A stretch of 64,000 nt of DNA from Mobula hypostoma (lineage: Eukaryota): assembly GCF_963921235.1 (NCBI RefSeq), contig NC_086101.1, forward strand, positions 9,860,001-9,924,000, read 5' to 3'. The position numbers were made by a program, and so were the translations under genes. The first letter of the stretch is position 1, and each line of letters opens with the position of its first letter. A model generated the notes under the pieces. It ran no database searches. It was not told where the DNA came from and worked only from the letters and a program-made list of their open reading frames with translations. Shown here piece by piece: positions 39,815 through 53,419 of this stretch.

Positions 39815-42141
39815 AGAACATAAGAAATGGGAACAGGAGTAGGTCATCTCTCCCGTCGAGTCCTGCTCTGCCATTCAATAAGATCATGACTGATCTAGCC
39901 ATGGACTACTCTCCACCTACCTACTTTTCCCCCATAACCCTTAATTCCCCTACTATGCAAAATCTATCTAACCTTGTCTTAAATAAATTCACTGATGTAG
40001 CCTCCACTGCTTCATTGGGCAGAGAATCCATAAATTTACCACTCTCTAGGAAAAGCATCTTCTCCTCATCTACATCCTAAAACTACTTTCCAGAATCTTG
40101 AGGCTATGTCCCTTAGTTCTAGTCTCACCTGCCAGTGGAAACAACTTTCCACTTTTCTGCCTCTATCTTATCTATCCCTTTCATAATTTTGTACGTTTCT
40201 ATAAAATTTCCTCTCATTCTTCTGAATTCCAGGTGACTCAATCTCTCCTCATAGTCTAACCTCCTCCTCTCTGGAATCCATCCGGTGATCCTCCACTCAC
40301 CGCCTCCAAAGGCAGTATACCCTTCCTCAAGTAAGGAGACCAGAACTGTACACAGTAATCCAGGTGCGGCCTCACCAGTGCCCTGTGCAGTTGCTATTAA
40401 GTATAATCCCTCTAGCGATGAAGGCCAACATACCATTTGCCTTCTTGATAGATCGCTACACTTGCAAATCAACCTTTTGTGATTAATACCAAGCACTCCC
40501 GTTTTTCTGCACAGCAGAATGCTGCAATATTTTTACCATTTAAATAATAATCTGATCTTCCATTTTAACTTCCAAACTGGATGATCTCACATTTACCAAA
40601 ATTGTACTCCATCTGCCAAACGTTTGCCCACTCACTTAGCCTTTCTATATCTCTCTGCAGATGCTCTCTATCTTCTTCACAATTTGTTTTTCCACTCGAT
40701 TTAGTATTACCAGCAAACTTAGATCTCCTACACTTGGTCCCCTCTTCCAAATCGTTAATGTATATCGTGAACAGTTGCGGGCCCAGCACTGACCCCTGTA
40801 GCACACCGTTCACCACTGATTGCCAATCAGATTAGCACACATGTATACCAACTCTCTGCTTTCTATTAGTTAACCAGTCCTCAATCCATGCTAATACATC
40901 ACCCCCAACTCTATATATCTGTATCTTTGTGTGGCACCTTATCGAACACCTCCTGCAAATCCAAGTAAATATTGTCCACCTGTTCCCTCTCTATCCACTG
41001 CGCTCTTTATATCCTCAAACACTCCAGGAAGTTTGTCAAATAAGACCCTGCCTTTGCTGAATCCATGCTGAGTTTGCCTGATGGATCCATTTCCTTCCAG
41101 ATCCCTTGCTATTTCTTTCATGATAGCTTCAAGCATTTTCTCAACTACAGATGTTAACCTAACTGGCCTATATTTACCTGCCTTTTGACTACATACCTTC
41201 TTGAACAGTGGCGTGACATTTGCCATCATCCAGTCCGCCGGGGCCTGCACAGAGTCCAGGGAATTTTCGTGAATTATCAGCAAAGCCTCTACTGTAACAT
41301 CTGCCATTTCTTTCAGTGCCCTGGGATGCATTCCATCGGGACCAGGGGATTTACCAATCTTCAGGGCCACAAGTTTTCTCAGCAATACCTCTTTGATGAT
41401 AACTATTGTATCGAGTTCCTCATCTCCCATCGCATCCATAACATCTCTCCTAGGCATGTTAGATGTGTCCTCCACCATGAAGACTGACATAAAATAGTCA
41501 TTCGAAGCTTCTGCATTTCCTCATTACTCAATAATCAATTCCCCCTTCTCGTCCTCCAAGGGACCTGCATTCAGTTTAGCCACCATTTCCCACTATATAA
41601 TTATAAAATCTTTTACTATCCGTTTTTATATTTTGTGCTGGTTTATTTTCATAATCTATCTTCCTTTTCTTTATTGCTTGCTTAGTGGTTCTTTGCTGCT
41701 TTTTAAAGTTTTCCCTATATTCTAATTTCCCACTACTCTTGGCGACTTTGTATGCATGAGCTTTTATTTTGGTGCCTTCTTTTATCTTCTTAGTTATCCG
41801 AGGCTGGCTCTCCCCACCCTTACTGTATTTGCTTTTAATTGGAATATACTTTTGTTGATCACTGTGAACAATATCTTTGAAAAACATCTGTTCCTTAACC
41901 GTCCCACCATATACCCTGTGTTCCCTAAAACTATGATTCTCATGTTAGCCATATCATCCTTGGGGGAAAAAAGCTTCTGGCTATGCACACAATCAATGCC
42001 CCTCATCATCATATACACCTCTATCAGGTCACCTCTCATCCTCTGTCGCTTCAAGGAGAAAATGTTCACTCAACCTATTCTCATTATGTACACCATTCCA
42101 GGCAAAATATCTGTCAATCTCCTGTTTGTTTTTTTTTCTTT

Positions 42142-42207
<66 letters not shown>

Positions 42208-42814
42208 CCCCCCCCCCCCCCCCACACCCCCCCCCACACCCCCCCCCCCTATAATTTCCTGGGTTATCTCTACTCCCTTTCCTGAACAAGGGAACAACAT
42301 TTACAACCCTCCAACCCTCCGGTACTTCTCCCATCCCTATTGATGACACAAAGATCATCGCAATCTCCTCCCTCACTTTCCACAGTAGCCTGGGGTATAT
42401 CTCATCTGGTCTCAGTGACTAGCTAACTTAATGTTTTTCAAAAGCACCAGCACATCCTCTTTCTTAATATCTATATGCTCAAGCATTTCAGTCCCCTGTC
42501 AGTCATCCCCACAATTGTCAAGGTCGTTTTCCCTGGTGAATACTGAAGTACCCCTTGAAGTACTTAATAAAGTATTCATTAAGTAGCTCTGGAACCTTCT
42601 CCGACTCCATGCACACGTTTCCGCTATTGCACCTGATTTGTCCTATTCTCACACGGCGCATCCTCTTGCTCGTCACATACTTGCGAAATGCCTTGTGGTT
42701 TTCCTTAATCCTGGTCACTAAGGCTTTCTCATGGCCCTTTTTTAGTTCTCTTAATTCCATTCTTAAGCTCCTTCCTAGCAACTTGTAATTTTCTAGAACT
42801 CTAACAGTAACTAG
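39815..42814 (-). mobile_element. Two decayed CR1 elements
   Basis: KSPGPDGMHP, VLQGSVLGPQLF, VPLFRKGSRDNPGNYR. Confidence 0.88.
42146..42249. repeat. (CT)n microsatellite followed by C-rich tracts
   Basis: About 29 CT units, then poly-C runs. Confidence 0.95.
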
Positions 42815-45426
42815 TGTTATGTACCCCAAGGGTTCATATTTTTCTGTGGACTGTCACTTTAAAACGTCGGGAGAATGAGACTGACTTTTGGAAACTGTTT
42901 GAGCTGTTACAGAGAGAGAGAGGGACGAAGCCTGCCTTGAGATGGTGTTTATAGGAACTGTAAAGCTTGTTTTGAAAATACAAGGACACTGCCAGCTTGT
43001 GAGTTCATTCAGAGGGACAGCAACGAGCAGCTCGTGGGTCGTCATGGTGACCGCGGGCGGGGTTATCTGATGGACAGCGGGTGTTCAGCATGCTGAGATA
43101 AATACAGGGTCAGCTGGTTGCTAGCCAGACACACCTGGTTTTGGACACTGGATGAGCTTTGTATGCCCACAGAAACGGTGGGTTTTTGGAGGATCGATCA
43201 GTGGCTCTCGCAGTGTGGAAAAGGGGTGACCGGTGGGAAGTTAAAACTGTGCCCAACCCTTGCCTGGGTTGATAACTTTACCACAGAAGACGGTCTACTT
43301 TTGTTTGGTCACATTCAGTGACTATAAAGGATTTTGGATGAGTCAAGGCCAGGCAGCATCTCTAGGAAGAAGTACAGTCAACGTTTTGGGCCGAGACCCT
43401 TCGTCAGGACTAACTGAAGGAAGAGCTAGTAAGAGATTTGAAAGTGGGAGGGGGAGAGGGAGATCCAAAATGATAGGAGAAGACAGGAGGGGGAGGGATG
43501 GAGCCAAGAGCTGGACAGTTGATTGGCAAAAGGGATATGAGAGGATCATGGGACAGGAGGCCCAGGGAGAAAGACAAGGGGGAGGGGGGAAAACCCAGAG
43601 GATGGGCAAGGGGTATAGTGAGAGGGACAGAGGGAGAAAAAGGAGAGAGAGAGAAAGAATGTGTGTATATAAATAAATAACAGATGGGGTATGAGGGGGA
43701 GGTGGAGCATTAGCAGAAGTTAGAGAAGTCAATGTTCATGCCATCAGGTTGGAGGCTACCCAGACAGAATATAAGGTGTTGTTCCTCCAACCTGATTGTG
43801 GCTTCATCTTTTCAGTAGAGGAGGCCGTGGATAGACATGTCAGAATGGGAATGGGATATGGAATTAAAATGTGTGGCCACTGGGAGATCCTACTTACTCT
43901 GGCGACAGAGCGTAGGTGTTCAGCGAAACCCCATCCATTAGTTATTTAGATACACACATTCTTTCTCTCACTCTCCTTTTTCTCCCTCTGTCCCTCTCAC
44001 TATACCCCTTGACCATCCTCTGGGTTCCCCCCTTCCCCCTTTTCTTTCTCCCTGGGCCTCCTGTCCCATGATCCTCTCATATCCCTTTTGCCAACCAACT
44101 GTCCAGCTCTTGGCTCCAGCCCTCCCCCTCCTGTCTTCTCCTATCATTTTGGATCTCCCCCTCCCCCTCCCACTTTCAAATCTTTTACTAGCTCTTCCTT
44201 CAGTTAGTCCTGACGAAGGGTCTCGGCCCAAAACGTCGACTGTACCTCTTCCTAGAGATGCTGCCTGGCCTGCTGCGTTCACCAGCAACTTTGATGTGTG
44301 TTGCTTGGATTTCCAGCATCTGCAGAATTCCTCGTGTTTGGGTGAGTCAAGATGGATTCGGTCAATGGAAGACACCATTGTGTTGGTCACTGGTTTAAAC
44401 TTTCAGCAGCCCAAAAGGGGTGAGTTGAGATTGATCCTGAGTGTTGATAGATGACTCTCAAGTTTTCTGCAACTAGAACAAGTTTGCAGGAAGAGAAGAG
44501 GGGAGAGGAAGGTTTGAAACAGAAGAAACCTAGTGACAAAGAGGTCACTGTTTGGACTCTCTCCTAAGTAGCCCGTAAGGATGAGTTTGAGTTCCATTCA
44601 AATACGAAGGTGTGACTGTCACGTAGTTAATCCACAGGAGTGGGTTCTCTGGTGAGTGGGTGTACCTTTATGAATACCACGTGTGTGTTACCCTTGTTTG
44701 GGTGTGGTAGTTCACTGAAGAAAGGCACCCCTGTGGCAAGTCACTGTTGGAGTTATTTCATGTCGTAGAACTGAATAAGTGACCATCACAGTTGTGTGTT
44801 TGGGGTAACCTTGTGTGGAAACTACCTGTGTGCGATAATTCTTGCCTGGGTTGGTAGTCCTACCACTTGAAGATGGTACCTTAGTGATAGACTGCTGTTG
44901 GTGATAATCCATATGTGGATTCTGTTGGAGTATGCTGTGGCCTCCACTTTGAGGTGTCCTGTAGCTGAATTCTGGTGTGGAACTATTTGTGTTGAAAGGA
45001 TATTCATTGAAGATCACTGTCAGTGATATTTCATGTGTGGAGTAGAACAACTTCAGAGATAAAACCTACTACTATTGTTATCTTGTATTGCTGTCATGGA
45101 ATCTGTGGAATATCGACATAATTGCCTTCTCACAACATTCGCCTTTTGGATTACAAATATCTCTCATTAACCTGAGCATTGAACTGAATTATCTTACATT
45201 CCATCGTAAGACTGTATCCAATTACCTCCTAAGCTTGAAGAAGCTTGGCTTATATATATTTCCACACTTATATATGCATGAACTTTGCTTACCTGTTTGA
45301 TTTATCTGGTTATATATTACTGTATTGCATAGTTACTAATAAAATTAGAATTAGTTAACACCAAAACCAGACTAAAGGTGTTTCCCATTTCTGCTGGATC
45401 TTTAACCCGTTACAGGGTACATAACA
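42815..45426. mobile_element. Probable solo LTR (TG...CA) inserted in CR1 and carrying a Penelope insertion
   Basis: Inverted termini tgttatgtaccc...gggtacataaca; 4-bp TSD CTAG/ATAG; CR1 sequence resumes at 45427; aataaa near the right end. Confidence 0.7.
43348..44336. mobile_element. Penelope element with inverted 3' repeats
   Basis: About 43348-43690 is the reverse complement of about 43930-44272; flanked by tttggatgagtcaag / tttgggtgagtcaag. Confidence 0.85.
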
Positions 45427-45479
45427 ATAGGTTCTTGAACCTTTTTGTAAACTTTTATTTTCTTCTTAGCTAGATTAAC

Positions 45480-46655
45480 TAGAACTAAATGGACATTATT
45501 TACTTGGATTTCCAGAAGGTGCTTCATAAGGTGCCACATAAAGGACTTATCCATAAGACAAGGCTGCGTAGAGTTGAGGTGATGTAATAGCATGGATAAA
45601 GAATAGGTTAACCAATAGAAAGCAGAAAGTTGAGATACACGGGTTTTTCTCTGGTTGGCAATCAGTGGTGAGCAGTTTGCCACAGGGGTTGGTGCTGTTC
45701 ATGATATACATTAACAATCTGGACGAGGGGATCGACTGTAATGTACCTAAGTTTGCTGATGACACTAAATTGAGTGAAGCAGCAAATTGTGCAGAGGATA
45801 TGTAGAGTCTGCAGAGAGATATAGGTAGGTTAATTGAGTGGGCAAGGTTCTGGCAGCAGAAGTACAATGTGGGTAAATGTGAGGACATCCACTCTGGAAG
45901 GAAAAATGGAAGATCAGATTATTATTTAAATGTTAAAAGAGTACAGCATTCTGCTATGCAAAAGGTCTTGGGAGTGTTTGTGCATGAATTGCAAAAGGTT
46001 GGTTTGCAGGTGCAGCAGGCTATCAAAAAGACAAGCGGAATGATGGAGGGATTCAATTTAAGAGCTGGAAGTTATGCTGCAACTGCATATGGTACTGGTG
46101 AGGCTGAATCTGGATTACTGCATGCAGTTATGTTTTGCTTCCTTGAGGAAGGATATACTGGCTTTGGAGGCGGTGCAGAGGAGGTTCACCAGATTGATTC
46201 CAGAGATGAGTGGGTTAGATATGAGGAGAGATTGAGTTGCCTGGGATTGTTCTCACTGGAATTCAGAAGAATGATAGGATATCTTATAGAAACATACAAA
46301 ATTATGAAAGGGATAGATAAGATAGAGGCAGGAAGATTGTTTCCACTCGTAGGTGGGACAAGAACTAGGGGGCATAGCCTCAAGATTCAAGGTAGTAAAT
46401 TTAGAATGGAGATGAGGAGGAACTGCTTTTCTCAGAGATTGGTGAATCTGTGGAATTCTCTGCCCAATGAAGCAATGGAGGCTACCCCAGTAAATATATT
46501 TACAACAAGGTAGGATAGATTTTTTGCATAGTAGGGTAATTAAGGGTTATGGGGATAAGTCCGTGGTAAGATCAGCAATGATCTTATCGAATGACGGAGC
46601 AAGCTCAATGGGCCGGATGCTCTACTACCCCTGGCTATTTCTTATGTTCTTACGA
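45480..46655 (+). mobile_element. CR1 RT/3' end, decayed
   Basis: ttggatttccagaagg, KFADD codons, TRTRGHSLKI..FSQRLVNLWNSLP. Confidence 0.88.
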
Positions 46656-47064
46656 ATCAGTGAGCCCCAGGATTGGAGGCCCCGAGTTCAATGCCCTGTG
46701 ATCATTGTGTGCTGAGTTGGATACCTCGAAGTCGGGGAATCTGGAGATTGAAGTCAGACATCAAAAGTAAGCCTGGGTCTCGATGTCAGTGATTCTGTGA
46801 GTCCGGGGCCATGCACTTGAGTCAGAACCCTGGAGGCAGCCTTTCCTGGGTTTGGATGTCTGTCTGTGTGTGAGTGATAGGGAGGTACCTTATTTCGACT
46901 TCCTTTTGGGCAGTAAACATTGGTCCTGCTACCAATGCCACATTTCATAAACAAAAATTCTGTCCCTGTTCCAGCATTTTGAGTTACAGCATTTTGTTTC
47001 TGCTGTTCCTGCAGAACTGGTTTCCAGCAGCAGACAGGGCTCCTGCACCATGAAACTACATTTT

Positions 47065-47925
47065 TTCGTCCCTCCCCACTGATCTCCCTCCTGGCACTTA
47101 TCCTTGTAAGTGGAACAAGTGCTACACTTGCCCTTACACTTCCTCCCTTACCACCATTCAGGGCCCCAGACAGTCCTTCCAGGTGAGGCGACACTTCACC
47201 TGTGAGTCGGCTGGGGTGATATACTGCGTCCGGTGCTCCCGATGTGGCCTTCTATATATTGGCGAGACCCGACGCAGACTGGGAGACTGTTTCGCTGAAC
47301 ACCTACGCTCTGTCCGCCAGAGAAAGCAGGATCTCCCAGCGGCCACACATTTTAATTCCGCATCCCATTCCCGTTCTGATATGTCTATCCACTGCCTCCT
47401 CTACTGTAAAGATGAAGCCACACTCAGGTTGGAGGAACAACACCTTATATTCTGTCTGGGTAGCCTCTAAACTGATGGCATGAACATTGACTTCTCTAAC
47501 TTCCGCTAATGCCCCACCTCCCCCTCGTACCCCATCCGTTACTTATTTATATACACACATTCTTTCTCTCTCTCTCCTTTTTCTCCCTCTGTCCCTTGCC
47601 CATCCTCTGGGTTTTTCTCCCCTCCCCCTTTTCCATCTCCCTGGGCCTCCTGTCCCATGATCCTCTCATATCCCTTTTGCCAATCACCTGTCCAGCTCTT
47701 GGCTCCATCCCTCCCCTCCTGTCTTCTCCTATCATTTTGGATCTCCCCCTCCCCCTCCCACTTTCAAATCTCTTACTAGCTCTTCTTTCAGTTAGTCCTG
47801 ACGAAGGGTCTCGGCCCGAAACGTCGACTGTACCTCTTCCTAGAGATGCTGCCTGGCCTGCTGTGTTCACCAGCAACTTTGATGTGTGTTGCTTGACTTT
47901 CCAGCATCTGAAGAATTCCTCATGT
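47065..47925 (+). mobile_element. Penelope-like element 3' part (GIY-YIG endonuclease + 3' repeat)
   Basis: FTCESAGVIYCVRCSRCGLLYIGETRRRLGD.FAEHL. Confidence 0.9.
47794..47829 (+). ncRNA. Minimal type I hammerhead ribozyme motif in the Penelope 3' repeat
   Basis: agtc-CTGACGA-a ggg tctcgg ccc-GAAA-cg-TC-gact: stem I agtc/gact, stem II ggg/ccc, palindromic ACGT in place of stem III. Confidence 0.7.
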
Positions 47926-48280
47926 TTATGTTTTTTCGCTCATGTTATCACCTTACCTGCCCATCGTCTCCCTCTGGTGCTCTTCCTCCTCTCCCCATAT
48001 TTTCTTTCTTCCATGGCCTTCTGTCTCTTTAACCTATCAACTGCCCAGGTATTTGCTTCATCCCCACCCCTCCCTCATGTTTCACCTACCATCTGGTGTT
48101 TCTCTGTCCCGTCCTTTCAAATCTACTCCTCAACTTTTATTTTCTCCAGTACTTTCAGCCCAAAATGTCGACTGTTCTTTTTTCTCCATAGATGCTGCCT
48201 GGACTGTTGAACGCCTCCAACATTTTGTGTGTGTGTTGCTCTGATTTTCAGCATCTGCAGGTCTTGTTTGTGATTTAGAC

Positions 48281-49457
48281 CAGTGGTCCCCAACCACTGG
48301 ACTGCGGACCGGTACCGGACCGCAAAGCATGCACTACCGGGCCGCGAGGAAACAATATGATTTGGCGATAGGAGTCAGCTGCACCTTTCCTCATTCCCTG
48401 ACATGACCACTGTTGAGCTTGAAAACACGCGAGGTCATTACGCATGCGTCATCCATGTCAGCGCGGGAAGGAGATCAACTCCTCGAGCTTGCAAACGACG
48501 GCGGGCTGAAAAATATGTTTGATATAACATCTCTGCCGGCATTCTGGATCAAAGTCAGGGCTAAATATCCTGAGATAGACATGAAAGCACTGAAACGTTG
48601 CTTTTATTTCCAACATTTTTCTGCGAAGCGGAGTTTTCTGCAAGGAATGCAACGAAAACCAAATTGCATAATAGACTGGACATAAGGAACTCCCTTCGAG
48701 TATCGCTGTCTCCCATCACCCCTCAATAGGACCGTCTTGTTGCAGGAAGACAAGCCCAGGGCTCCCACTGATTCAGCGATATTGGTGTGTTGCAATGATT
48801 TTATATGTTCATATGGGGAAAATATCTGCAGTGTGTTTAATATCCAAACGTTACTTAAAATGCTATGATGCTATTGACTTACTTATATAACCATGTAACA
48901 ATTACAGCACGGAAACAGGCAATCTCACCCCTTCTAGTCCATGCCAAACGCTACTCTCACCCAGTCCTACCGACCTGCACTCAGCCCATAACCCTCCATT
49001 CCTTTCCTGTCCATATATCTGTCCAATTTTTCTTTAAATGATAATATCAAACCTGCCTCTACCACTTCTACTGGAAGTTCATTCAACACTTACTTCAAGT
49101 CCTCCCCTGATAATTGACTTATCGCTATATTCATGCGAGGAAAATATGCACTGTGTGTTTAATATTAAATTCATTAGTTAAATCATTTTAGAAACAAAAT
49201 TGAGTGTATTAGCCACTTATCCCCTATAATCCGGTCGTGATTAACCCCTCCCCTCAAACAGAATCGCCAAAGACGATTTGCAGAAAAAAAATTGGCTGGT
49301 ACACGCATGCACACTGGTGCCCGCGCAAGGCTTGATGGTCATTACTCCTGTCCGTTGGCAACCCGACCCGCGTGCCCCCCCCCCCAGGTCGGCCGGTCCG
49401 CAAGAATATTGTCAATATTAAACTGGTCCGCAGTGCAAAAAAGGTTGGGGACCCCTG
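48281..49457 (+). mobile_element. hAT (Charlie-like) deletion derivative with dimerization-domain remnant
   Basis: TIRs cagtggtccccaacc / ggttggggacccctg; TSD ATTTAGAC/ATTTAAAC; QLLELANDGGLK..FWIKV..YPEI..KALK. Confidence 0.88.
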
Positions 49458-49819
49458 ATTTAAACGACACAGATCTTTGGGCCAGTCGTCGTCCCCATCA
49501 TCTGGCTGAAAGTGGCACTACAATGAACTGAACAGTCTCATATCCATCAGCTGGATTGGCAAAGTCCTGAACTCAGGAGAGAAAATTAAATTACTGAGAG
49601 AACTCAGTGGGTCAAGCAATATCAGTGGAGACAAGAGATGGCTGAGATCATGCTTCAGGAGGGAATTAGACTGCACTGACTGTTCTTTATCAAATGAAAA
49701 CTAAATTATCCCAAGAGCCCTATAGATAGTAAATAATAAAAGACAATATTGTGAATTAAATTAAAATCAATTTCATAACTTAGTAACGTTTTTAAATGAA
49801 AACTGTCAACCCCCAAAGA

Positions 49820-52240
49820 TAGTAATGCTCCCTGCATTTGCTTTCTTTCAACCTTATATGCTTCACATTGTTAAAGAATGTGTTTGGCTGTTTCATCATG
49901 ATGACACATCCGAGAGTGATGTTAGACATAGCATGCCCAATTCTAATTTGAATCAATATAATTCCTTCTGTTCTTGTCTTACCGTGCGCCCCCCCCCATC
50001 AACCCAACAGTTTTATGCATTCTGTAAAGGTGTCTCCCATGTCTTGCCATAATCCCCCAATTTTTAGCCCCACCAACCCCTTAGTTGCAACTAGCGAGGC
50101 ACTGCCTACACCACCGCGAGCTACCTGCCAGCCTAGTCATCATATGGGAGCCCAAGCATGGGAGGATGAACCGTGGACGCCCTCCCAAGACTATGGTCAA
50201 CATGCTCCTAGAAGACAGCGGCGCGGCTAATGTAGATGAACTGAACACACTGAGGGAGAGGGAGAAGTGGAGAGTCCGTCATTGTGCCCGACGCCGGCCC
50301 CCTAGGCCTGAGTCGACGTAGTAGTAGTAGTAACCCCTTAGTTTCTGACTTGCTATGTGGAAGGTCTGTATCCACAGATGAAAGTTTAACAGCTTTTTTT
50401 GCCAAACAATCAAACCACTCATTCCCCTCGACACCTCTGTGTGCAGGGACACATAAGAAGCAGAAATGAAGACCAATACTTCGAATATGAAATAAAGTTT
50501 GAAGAGTTTCCAGCAGTAAATCCGACCAACTACTAAAACGACCTGTTTTAAGACTAGTCAAAACCAAAAAAAAATCTGAACAAATTATAAATTTGCAAGG
50601 ACAGATTTCCTCCACCCACTGTAAGACCAACATGATGGCAATCAACTCTGCAGTGAATACTGATAAATGCTAAAACATTTCATTATTGTTACCGGTAATT
50701 CTGACACAAAAAGAGCCATACTGACATTCCCTGTTAAATTATCGTTTGATCCATCAGTGAAAATGGTTAACATATCACAAAAATTTTCCTTAACATATTG
50801 ATGAGTCAACAGATTCTCAGGCATAACAGTTCCTTAAATCATGCAACCTAAATTCAACTATAGCCATTGGAAAGAACCACAGTGGGATTACCAAAAAAAA
50901 CTACAGTGGGACATACTGTGTAATCTAGCCAACCCATATTCCTAGTGAACCCAGCCACCCTAAGCTAAAAATGCTCTTCTTGTGATGTTCCCAACAGTCT
51001 TCCAGCACACTTTTAACAGGGTGATCATTTCTCTGCCCCTCAAATTAATCCAGTATGTTAACAACAACTTCAACCTCAGAAACTGTAAGGGTAGTTGTCC
51101 CATTTCACCAATAAAGCTGCACCAGGAGACGACCTTACTGCACCTCAACACAGTTTGAAAGCCTGAGCTGGTATCACATCCAAACACTTTAAAATTTGAA
51201 GATGAAGCTGATCCATAAGCCACACAGCCAATATCAAGTACCAGTCTAATTAAACAAATACATATGGTCAACAGAGATTTTCGTGTAGCACCCCAAGAGG
51301 ACCCACCTAAACACCCAAGGATATTTAATGCCCCTTTACATTTGTCAATTATTTTACTGATATGGTGCTTCCATATCAGCTTCTTGTCCAGCCACATGCC
51401 AAGAAATCGTACTGCTGACACTTCTTCAAGAGTTTGACTATATAATTTCAAATTAAGTGCATGTCTATTGATCCTCTTTGTAAAACATATAACTTGTGTT
51501 TTCGCTACTGAAAGCATAAACCCCCATCTATTTGCCTATCATTTGATCTTATTAATTGCTAATTGCATCCTATATAGTTATGTTGAAAGTTCTACGTCTG
51601 ATCTATAAAGCCCCATCACCTAAAAAAAAGTGTTTTACCCAACCCGCTACCTATCTCAGAGAAAATATCATGAATCATAATATTAAATAATTAAGTGCTA
51701 TATATACAGCCTTGTGGGTCCCATTTTCTATCTCATAGAAACTTGAATGTACCTTATCTACCCTTACTTACATAGACTGTCCAAATTAAAACTCAGAAAA
51801 ATATTATATGACCTTCCTCTCACTCCCAATTTCCATGTTGATCAAAAGACCTTCCCTCCATAACATATCATATGTTTTTTTCTATATCAAAGAGTACTGC
51901 TATTACAACTTTATTTACCTGTGCTTTCCTAATATAATCTCCCAAACATAAAACTAAATCCAATGTCACTCTAAACGTCCAAAATCTGATCTGATAAAAT
52001 ACTGCACCACCTCTTTTTTACAAAATATAATTCAACGCTCTATTACCCTATGTTCCATAAGGTTATACACATGGGACATTAGTGATATTGGTCTATAACT
52101 AGAAGGATCCGACAGGGAACTTCCAGGTCTTAGAACAGGCACTACTGCTGCCATTTTCCATAAGGAGGAAAGATGGCTTAAACTCAAAATATGATTCAAA
52201 AATTTAATATTATCTCAGGAGATTTGTTAACCGTATGTTT
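49820..52240 (-). mobile_element. Decayed RNase H-containing LINE (I/Nimb-like)
   Basis: FLGMWLDKKLIWKHHI (RT thumb); IFTDGS, IICSD and VPAHRGVEGNE.FD.LAK (RNase H). Confidence 0.8.
50087..50331 (+). mobile_element. 5'-truncated RTE-like LINE with (TAG)n tail and 12-bp TSD
   Basis: WEPKHGRMNRGRP...EREKWR; TSD AACCCCTTAGTT at 50075-50086 and 50332-50343. Confidence 0.85.
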
Positions 52241-52706
52241 ACCTGTCAATTACAATCTCGCTTGAAGCTTTCATTGCCAAGATAGGTGAGTAATGGAGCC
52301 AAACATGGGTTCACACTCCGCCATTAAGCTGTACACTCCATTCTCAGCATCGTTCTCAACACACAGTTTCTTGGATTCAGGGCATTAACAACGGTGAACC
52401 AGAGAAAGAATTTTTTTTTAAACTTAGCTTTATTTGTCACATGTACATGAAGTATGGAAACATGAAGTGAAAGGCATTGTTCTGCATCAGCAACCAACAT
52501 AGTCTGTCGGAGGATTGTGCTGAGGTCAGCCCTCAAGCTTCCAGTGTCAAAATAGCATACCCATGTCTCACTGAGCCTAACTATAGCTCTCTGATAACCA
52601 GAGGGCCCAGGAATCGAACTCCTGTCTGTGCTGTAAAGCGGTTTCTCTAACAGTTATGCATATGTGCCACCCAACTGCCATAAACATTTACACAAAGGGA
52701 GAACAT

Positions 52707-53406
52707 CAGTGTTCCGTCTAATTTGTAAAGATCAGAATGTGCAAAAATCTTTTGCTGTGCAACTTTCACCTCTGGGTTTGATTGTTTTCACTCTCGCTCA
52801 TCTGCACTCTCATGAAACTTGTGTAGCAGGCCTGTAGGATTTTAATCACTGTAACTTTTGCACATCGTCCATATGTGATTTGTTTACTAAACGACGCTTT
52901 CAAAAGTCAAGTTTTCCACTTCTTCCCACTTGCAAATTTCCAGCAACTTTTGGATTGTGATAATACACACAGCTAACACCACTTTCCATATTGTACTTAA
53001 ATATTTTTCATCGCTGCCTGTTCCTGACCTCATGAGCTTTCGGTGTAGCCGTTTCTACTGTTTCATTAAGCAATACTGCTTTAAATGAACTAGCAGTTCT
53101 TTTGCACTTCACGCACTTTGCTTCTTTGGAATTCAACATAGTGAATTAATAATTTCTTCTACAAAAACAGTATTAATAAGCCAGTTTTTAAATCTGCAGA
53201 CAAATCATTGCAAACTTCATGTTGTCAACACCATCCATTTTAGAAGCCAGAAAGAAACGTGATTGTGTACAATCATCAAATATACTTAACATGCCAATGA
53301 GATAGAGAGTGTCAACCTATTGTGTGCAGGTTAAATTCCTTTGTGCAATGGTAGCAAAAGGTGTGTGTGTGTGCGCATGCAAGCGCACACCCTAGAGGGA
53401 ACATTG
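52707..53406. mobile_element. hAT non-autonomous element with 8-bp TSD
   Basis: Termini cagtgttccgtcta / tagagggaacattg; perfect TSD GAGAACAT at 52699-52706 and 53407-53414. Confidence 0.88.
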
Positions 53407-53419
53407 GAGAACATCAAAT

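Noticed and set aside
42029..42376. Gly/ER-repeat protein ORFs
   Set aside because: Translation of the (CT)n and poly-C microsatellite inside a CR1 remnant
48413..48685. Domesticated ZBED/SCAND3-like gene
   Set aside because: Short frameshifted remnant inside a TIR- and TSD-bounded hAT derivative
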